Virus record (IMG/VR): IMGVR_UViG_3300035701_000008
Location: 1 to 64,000 of that record
From: a virus
DNA length: 64,000 nucleotides
Reading direction: 5' to 3' (one strand)
Below are positions 12,001-21,000 of this stretch, one piece after another. Position 1 is the stretch's first letter, and every line of letters starts with the position of its first letter. The notes beneath the pieces were generated by a model. It saw nothing but the letters and a program-made list of their open reading frames with translations. It searched no databases and was not told the origin of the DNA. Both the position numbers and the translations under genes were made by a program.

Positions 12001-15000
12001 AACAAAAAGAACTTACTAAAGCTAAAGAAGAATATGCTCTCCTAGAAAAAGAAATAGAAGAAGCTCAACTTGATAAACGTACAAAGGCTGTTAGATTTAA
12101 AGTGGCTACAACAAGAGCTCTTGAAAATGCTATGCGTCTTTCTAGAATGCAAGAGCAATTAGAAAGAGAAATAGAAGCTTTACAATTAGACTCAGAAGAG
12201 ATTGAATTCACACTTAACTATATTACAGACATGGCTGCTAATATAGATGAGTATTCAACCAATTTCAAAGACTTCATGGATGAGTTACAAGAAGAAATCT
12301 TAGATCTTGAAATCTTACAAGAAACAACTCAAAAACAAATCACTGTTCTATCTAAGTTATCAAGAGATGTACAAGCTGCATTAGACTCAACCATTGATTA
12401 TCTATCTAAACTTATATCTTCATTTGAATCTAAATATCCAAATGTTCCTAGAATCATGGGACAAGACTGGGTTGATTTCTTAAAAGACAATCCTAACTTC
12501 CTTAAAGTTAAACCTAACTATCGATCTGATTTACAGATGATTGATGATATTGTTGCTGAGATGGAAGATGCTGAAGTGATTCCTAATGAAGAAAGACTTA
12601 AAGATCTCACTGAACACTTAGCTATAATGCAAGGATCTTTAGATGATGTGCAAAAAGAGATTGAAGCTAAAGAAGTGATCCTTAATAAATTTAAAGATAT
12701 AGCTGACAAGTATAAGCAACAACAAGCTGAAGATAGAAGATTACAAAATGATAGAGCTCTTCGTACTGAATACTTAGGAACTAATAGTGATGCTGTACAA
12801 AGTTTCTTTGGTAATGAATATTATGAAGCATCTTCTAAAAAAGATGATCTTGAATTAGTTGGTTCAACAGTTGCTGTTACTAAAGGTAAAAAAGGTGAAC
12901 AGATTAGAGAACACCATGCAAGAGCAAATCGCTTTGGATTTAATCTACACAAATTTAAGAATAGAAATGCTATTCGTGGTGTTGTAGTTACATCTAAAAC
13001 AGAAGATTCAATTCTTCCTGGGTTAATGAATTTACTTACTGATGAAGGAAGAGCTATTGGTAATGATGGTAAACCTGTCAATCCTAATACAATCATTGCT
13101 CTTGTAATGGTACAGGATAATGAGGATGGTACAATAACATTAGTTGATGAAACTGGAACTCCTTTTACAGCAGAACAATTAGCTGATCCTACTAAGTATG
13201 GTATTTTCCAAGTGTTCCCTAGTGCTGAACTAGAAGCTAATTATAAAGATGCAGCTGGTAAATCAAGTAGAGAATCTATGTTCAGAAAGAAAACTTCTGA
13301 TGAGAAATTAACTTTTGAACAAGAGTCATTAAAACAACAATATGCTAAATGGAGAAATGATCGTTTAAAAGAAGAATCTCTTTCTACTCCACAAGATATA
13401 TCTGCATCATTTGGTATTCCTGATTATGTAACTCGTTTAGATGATAAGGATAATGAGGTGAGAGATTATGATGCTAGAGTGGCTGTAGAAGCTACAGGAC
13501 TATTAGAAGAAGGAGCATTGATTGAAGATCCTGTATTAATGGTTGCTACAACTAATGAATCTGTTAGCTATGGTAAAGTGACATTTGATACACCTAAGGG
13601 TAGAGTGTTCTTGAAAGTTCCTGGTGGATTAGTTAAATTAAAAAACAGACAACTTACAGAAAAAGAAGTAGATACTATTTATGATGTATTACGTCAGATT
13701 ACTAAGAATGTTTCAAAAGATGGTACCACAAAAACAAAAGAAACACAATACTTATTTAATTGGTTAAAAACTGTTATTTACTGGGGTATTGCTAAAAATA
13801 CACAAACAGGAGAAAGAAAAGATCCTGGATATAACAATGTATGGTTTGAGACTAAGACAGAAGGTAATAAGTCTTTTACTAAATTATACATGTCAGGTTT
13901 ACAAACTGAAGGATTTGACTTTACACCAACTGGAATAGAGCTTAAAGAAAATGAAATCAAAGCTATCCTTAGAGGAATGTATAACAATGTGAATGCTACT
14001 AAAGTTAATGTAGATTCATTCAAAAAGAAATACACTGAGATAGTAGGCATAGATGAGGATGGTAAACCTATTAAAAAAGAATGGGATAACTATCAATCAT
14101 TTTTATTATCATCTGAAGGAAGAACTAATGATGAGATTCCTTTAGTTACACAAATCAGACCATTAACTGATCCTGATATTCCTAATAAGAAAGGGATCTA
14201 TTTTACATTGGATTCAACTCAAGATAGTTATACTATTCCTACTCCTCCAGTTGTAGCTACAGCTGCACCTAAACCATCTGCTAAACTTGACCCTAAAGTT
14301 AAGAAAGCATCATTGGAAAAAATTAAAACAGCCATTAACACTGAAGAAGATATTACATCAATGATGGATGGAGTATTTGCTGTAGTTAATGAAGCTGATT
14401 ATATGGATTGGCAAGAAACAATAGAACCAGTACAGTTGGAAGAAGATTTAAAAGAAAGTCTTGCAACAGTAGAAGGTGATGAAGTTAAAGTGTTTAATGT
14501 TGTAAGTAAGTATTTATTAAACAAATATATTGATGAACAAATTGCTATACTAGATAAAACTATTCCTTCAGCTCCTGTAACTCCTGTAGCTCCAGCTGCT
14601 GTTGCAAAAGAATATGATTTAACTGGTGGACCTAATGTTCATGTATTAGGTAAATATGGTAATGTTCCTTTTACAATTAATGCACAAAAGTTTATAGATA
14701 GTAAAGAGGAAGAAGGATTTGGTATTACATTTGAAGCAGATACAGTGGCAGCAGTAATGGCTGTTAAAAATAAAACTGAATCTGAAGCTAGAGACCTAAT
14801 CTATTTTGCAATATTAAATAAACTAAGACCACAATTGGATGCATTCCAAACTAAGTCTAAGATACCTACAGCTGATGCTCCACAAACTACATTTGTATTA
14901 GATGGTATAGCAGAAAACACTATACAGATAGGAACTTATGGTAAAATTATATTTACATTAGATGGTAATAAGTTTAATGAAACTGGAGAAGGATTTAATA

Positions 15001-18000
15001 TTCAATTTCCTGCATATGATTCAGAAGTATTAAAAAATGTAATGGATGCTAAAGGCATTACACAATCAGAAGCACAACAGATGATTGGTAACAATATCTA
15101 TGGTAAAGTGCTTACACAATTAGAAGGAATGAAAATTCCAGTTGCTCCTGCTATCAATACACCATTTACACCAAATACTCCTGAAGTTGTAGAAGAAGAA
15201 GAAGAAGTTACTGATAATGATAATATAGGTAAAGAGATTACAGCTGTTGCTCCTTTTAATAAAGGAACAATCACTGGTAAAATAGTAAGTGTAAAAGAAA
15301 ACAAAATTAAAAAAGGACTATATTCTATTGTATTAGACAATGGAGAAAAAGTTTCAGGAAATTTTGAAGATAATAAATTTACTTGGATACAAAATGAAGA
15401 ACCTGTTTCTACTACACCAAAACCTGCTGGAACAAGTAAGTTTGCTAACAGACAAAGAGGTGTAACTCCTGATGATTCATCTATGCGTGTAGCTTTAGCT
15501 AATCAAGCTAAGAAATTTCAAGGTGAAGACTGGGCTAAATTAGAAGAAGGTATTAAAAGAATGCTTCCTAATATTCCTATATACAGAGTGAAGAATATTA
15601 TTCAAGCTACTAATGGTAGACAAGCTTGGGGTATGCTTCATAAAGGTGCTATCTATATATATGAAAATGCTGAGGTGGGTACTGTGTATCACGAGGTGTT
15701 TGAAGCTGTATGGAAAATGTTTGCATCTCCACAAGAGAAAGAAGCTATTCTTAAAGAGTTTATAAGTAGACCAGGAACATTTGTAGATAGAGAAACAGGC
15801 AAGACTGTTGCTTACAAAGATGCTGTAGCTCATCAAATCAAAGAAGAACTTGCTGAAGAGTTTAGAGATGCTGTTCTTAAAGATAAATTAGGACAACCAA
15901 TAGCTTCAAAAAGTTTGATAGGTAGATTGTTTTCTCAATTAATTGATTTTATTAAGTCTTTGTTTACAGGAGCTAATGCTCAACGTAATACGAAAGAGTT
16001 ATTCAATAAGATTGGTAATGGATATTATGCTACATACAATCCTTATGTTTCACAATTAGCATATGCTAATAGTGGTGTAATTGATATAGAGAATGCTACA
16101 GCTGATGCTAGTTCTGATCTTAGAGTGAAAGGAATTCCTGCTACACAATTACACGAGATTGTAGAAGAGATGACATTCATTACAATTAAAGATCTTGTTG
16201 ATAGAAAACAAAGCTTATTTGATATAGTTAAACCTAGACAGAAAGAACTATATGAAATGTTACAAGTTAGAATCTTAGATGTTATTGGTCACCAAGCAGA
16301 TCTTATAGAAGATAATGTTGCTAGTGGTCAAACTTCTATAGAAGATTCAATAAGACAATATAATGATATTGAAGCATTATACAACAATGTATATGAAAAT
16401 TGGGATAGTATTATTCAAGAACATAAAGAAAAGCTTAAGACGTTTAATATAGAGTTTGATGAGAATGATGAACTTATATTAGGGGATGAAGATAATTCTG
16501 GTAGATCAGATTATATAGATGCTAGAAAGATTGATTCATTCAGAAAAGCTAATGGTGCTGTTAAATTGTTATTAGGAACTCTTCCTGTGACATATGTAGA
16601 TGTTAATGAAAAAGGAGAAAGAGTTTTAAGAAATAAACGTTCTACTATTGGTGGTGCTATTCTTATGCCTGGTGATGAAGTGTTTATTAAACTAAAAAAT
16701 AAACTTTATAACTCTTTGAATCCTAATGACATGCTTTCTAGACTGAAAGAAATGGCCAAGGGTGATCCTACATATGAGAACTTATATACAAGACTTACAA
16801 AAACATCTCTTACTAATAATGTTGATTTTAAAACATTAGATCAAAATGCAATACAGTTGATTTCTGCATTTTGGAAAGCAATGAAGAGTCAGAATGCTGA
16901 TGCTATATCTGTATTTATTCTACCTAGTGGAGAAGTGGTTGTTAGTGATTCTACTCTTACAAGTAGTGCTAAACAATCTAAACGTGATATAACCAACTCA
17001 ATGGTTGATAAAATCAAGTCTAATTCTTTATTCTTTACTTATGATCCTAAGACAGGAAGATATTTTGCTACAGATAAAATCAAATCAATGGTCCTTAATG
17101 GATCTAAGATGGAAAGTTACACTGCACTTCTTAAAGAATTAGGTATTGAGTTTGATGTTAAAACATTAAAAAAATTAAATGATAATCAGTTATTAAATTT
17201 TAGAAGTGCTGTAGAGGGTATTCAGAATGAGTTTATTAGATTGAACGAAAGAGGTAAAGCTAGAACTGATGCACAAATAGCAGATGATGAAGCTAATGGA
17301 ACAGTTGCTAGAGGAATTTCATCACTAACACCTAAAGCATTAGGTATTGAGAAACGTTTATTTCAACTTGGACTTACACAAGCTATTATTGAAAATAAAG
17401 GATTTGAGAGTACATATTTCAATATGAATGGAGAACGTACACAAACTTATATTGGTGGTAATGCATTAAGTAACTTACATGATGTTCTTTCTAGTTTAAC
17501 TAATATTGATGAGTTAGATAGTAATCCTGAGTATAGTCAATATAAATATTTACGTACAGATGTATTTGCTAAAGGAAGTGTAATGTTACAAAACATGTTT
17601 AACATAGATTCTGTAAAAGGAACAGGTAAACGTATATTTGGTACAGAAAATTTAATGAAATCTGTATACATTGATGGTACAGATAATCAAAATAATGGTA
17701 AGAAAAAAGAATCTTCTAAACTTACAGCTAAAGAAAGACTTGTACAAGAGATAAATCTTAACTTAGATGGATACTTCTTAAACCTTGTTCCTGGAGATGC
17801 TTCTATTGAATGGGCTGTTAAGATGCTTAAGTTTATTGACATGGATAGCTATGCAGATGATGCTCACATTGAAATATTTAAAAACTATTTTATATCTGAA
17901 GTGGGACTATCTAGAGATGAACGTTTTATTGTAGAGGGTAAAGGAAACAAATCAACAGATCTTCGTTTCTTCAAAGCTATACTAGGTGAAGAACTTAACA

Positions 18001-21000
18001 ATCAAATTACTAAAGAAAGTAATAGTCAATACACTGCTGAGGAATTATATAATGGAAAACCTTCAGAAGGATTTAAAGGATATAAAGCTGAAATAGATGC
18101 TGCTGTAAATGACTTTATTAAAAAAGATGCATTAGACACAGAAAATCTTCTTAGAGATTATGGTGTAGTTGGATATGGTCCTGAAGGATTACAAATTACT
18201 GATATAGTATTTGATGAAAATATTGAACTAACAGAAGCTAGTTTAAAAGATAATCTTGAAATATTATCAATCAATTATATGATTGCTAATATTGAGATGC
18301 ACAAACTTCTTTATTCAGATCCTTATCAGTATTCAGATGAGTTGAAACGTATTAAAAACTTTAACTCTCCTAGACAAGCTCTTATGTCTGGATCACAAGA
18401 AGTTAATCAAGGACTTGATGCTGTATATAACAAAGGATTTAAACCTGGAGATGCTGGTTACACAGACATGAGTAATGAGTTTTTTAGAGCAATCACTATT
18501 GGTGATGTTTTAAGTGTAAGTGATTTGAAAGATTATGATCCATATGAAGAAACAGATGGTGGTGGATATATCACTGAAAAAGCTAATCGTATTTTTGGAA
18601 TACGTTCTGGAGATTGGACTACAGCAAATGAAGCTCAGTATAGACATGATATGGCATTCTTAGATTTATTTAATTCTGGTGCAACAGCAAAAGAACTAGA
18701 GAAATTTGATAGAAAAAGTCCTGAAGTAGCAAGTACATACACTGCTAGAAAACCTATTGTATCTGGTAATAAAGATAACGGTAGAGATTATAATGATGTT
18801 GTATTACATAAGTTTGCATTACTTCCTTTATCATTCAGACTTCTATACAAGATAAATCCTGAATCAAATGCTATCAAGTTATATAACAAGATGCAGAATG
18901 AGAACATTGATTATGCTGTATATGCATCAGGAAGTAAAGTGGGTACAGAAAAGGTTTCTCCTTTATATGATGATGAGGGTAACTTTGATGAAACTCCATT
19001 TGAAGATGTTAATGCTGACATAGATGTATATGAGAAGCAAGCAGTTTCTAATATACCATTTACTATAATGGGTGTACAAGCAGAAGTTCCTTCTAAAGAT
19101 GCTCCTTATGTAACACAAGGATCTCAAATAACAAAACTTGCTACATTAGATTTTATGGAAGCTGGTGTACCAATTGATTTTGATACTGCTACACAAGATT
19201 TCAATGCTAGATTTGTTAAATGGATAAAACTATCTAATGATCAAAAATTAGAACAATCTGAGCTTTATAGAGACTTGCAACATAATCAAGAACTATTACA
19301 AGCTAAGATAGAATATGGATATAAATCTCTTCTTAAAAAACTTGGTTTAAAGAAAACAGCTGATGGATTTGAAATAAGTAATGTAAAAAAATTAGTTGAT
19401 ACATTAAAGGATGAAATTTTAAAGAGAGAAGTTAATCACAACATCATTGATGCACTTAGTGGATTTGAAAAAGGTGACACTGTATTAGAAGCTACTCCTG
19501 CATATCAACAAATCAGAAACATATTATATTCTATAGCTGATAAGAATGTTGTATCTCCTAAAATATCTGGAGGTATGAAGGTGCAGATTCCAGGTACATT
19601 ATTAGAATCTAAAAGACCTGGTAAACAAATAGTTAAAGGTAAGAATGTTTATAGCTCTGACCTACTTAGATTCTATACTAGAAATGAGAATGGTAAGTCA
19701 ATAAATGTTTGTCAGATAATGATAGCCAAATGGTTTAAATCAGATATGTCTGATAAAGAACTTTTAAATTATTTTAATAATACAGATGAAGGAAGAAAAG
19801 AGTTTGCAGCTATTACAGGTATAGCATTTCGTATTCCTACACAGAAACAAAACTCTATTGATGTATTTGAGATAGGTAAGTTCTTACCAGAAGGATATAA
19901 AGATTCAGTTGTTATACCATCAGAACTTGTTAAGAAAGCTGGATCGGATTTTGATATTGATAAGTTGTCAATCTATTTGAAAAACATATACACTAGTAAT
20001 GATAAAAAACCTAAACAAGTTCCATATTTGGGAATTGGTCAGGAAGCTATTGATAAATTTGGTGAGCTATATGATAAAGGAGAATTCAATGAGTATTTAA
20101 GATCTAAAAAACTTTTAGAAAAAGGAGAATCTGTAGATAGATTAATGGAAGCTATTTTCCCTGAAGAGTATTCATTCCAAAGAGAAGATGTGATAAATGA
20201 TTTTTACAAACAATCATTAGAGAATGAATACATAAACTCTTTACAGAAACTTGTTTCTAATGACCTCAACTTTGAAAACTTAATAAAACCTAACTCTGCT
20301 GATGATTTAAAAGGATTGGCAAAAGATATAAATAAAAAACTTGGTAAAGACGAGATTAACTATGGTGTTGCAGGTAACATGTTAAGTAGATCATTTATGA
20401 CTACTCTTAGACATGCATTTGTTACAGGTAAGTATGCAATTGGTATTGCTGCTGTTAACCAAACTAACCATGCTCAAAACCAACGTAGTCCTATATATAT
20501 TGATAGAGATAAATTAGATACAGTAATTGACCCAGCAGATAAGAAATGGTTAGGTGATGCAAAAATTAATTTCAAAGAGTATAACTCAATGATGATTAAT
20601 GGAAAACAATATCCTTCATTATCTATGATTAAAAGTGCTGATAAGAAAACATTTATATCTGATACAATAGGACAGTTTATAGATGGATATGTGGATATCT
20701 CTAAAGGTCCTTGGATTATGGAAATGGGAGCTTCTCCAAACGTAGCTTCTACATGGATGTTATTAGTTAAACTTGGTGTGCCTATAACCACTGTTGGATA
20801 TTTTATGAACCAACCAATTGTTCGTGAGTATTTAAAAACAATTCAGAACAATGGATATTCATGGTTGTTCATTGATAAGTTTGTTGATGATACAAAATAT
20901 GAATACATAGGTGGAGAAGATGTAGAAGTGACATCTATTCCTAGTGAAAAAGAATTAGGAGATATGATTGGTAAGTCTGGTGCAGATATGAATCCTACAG

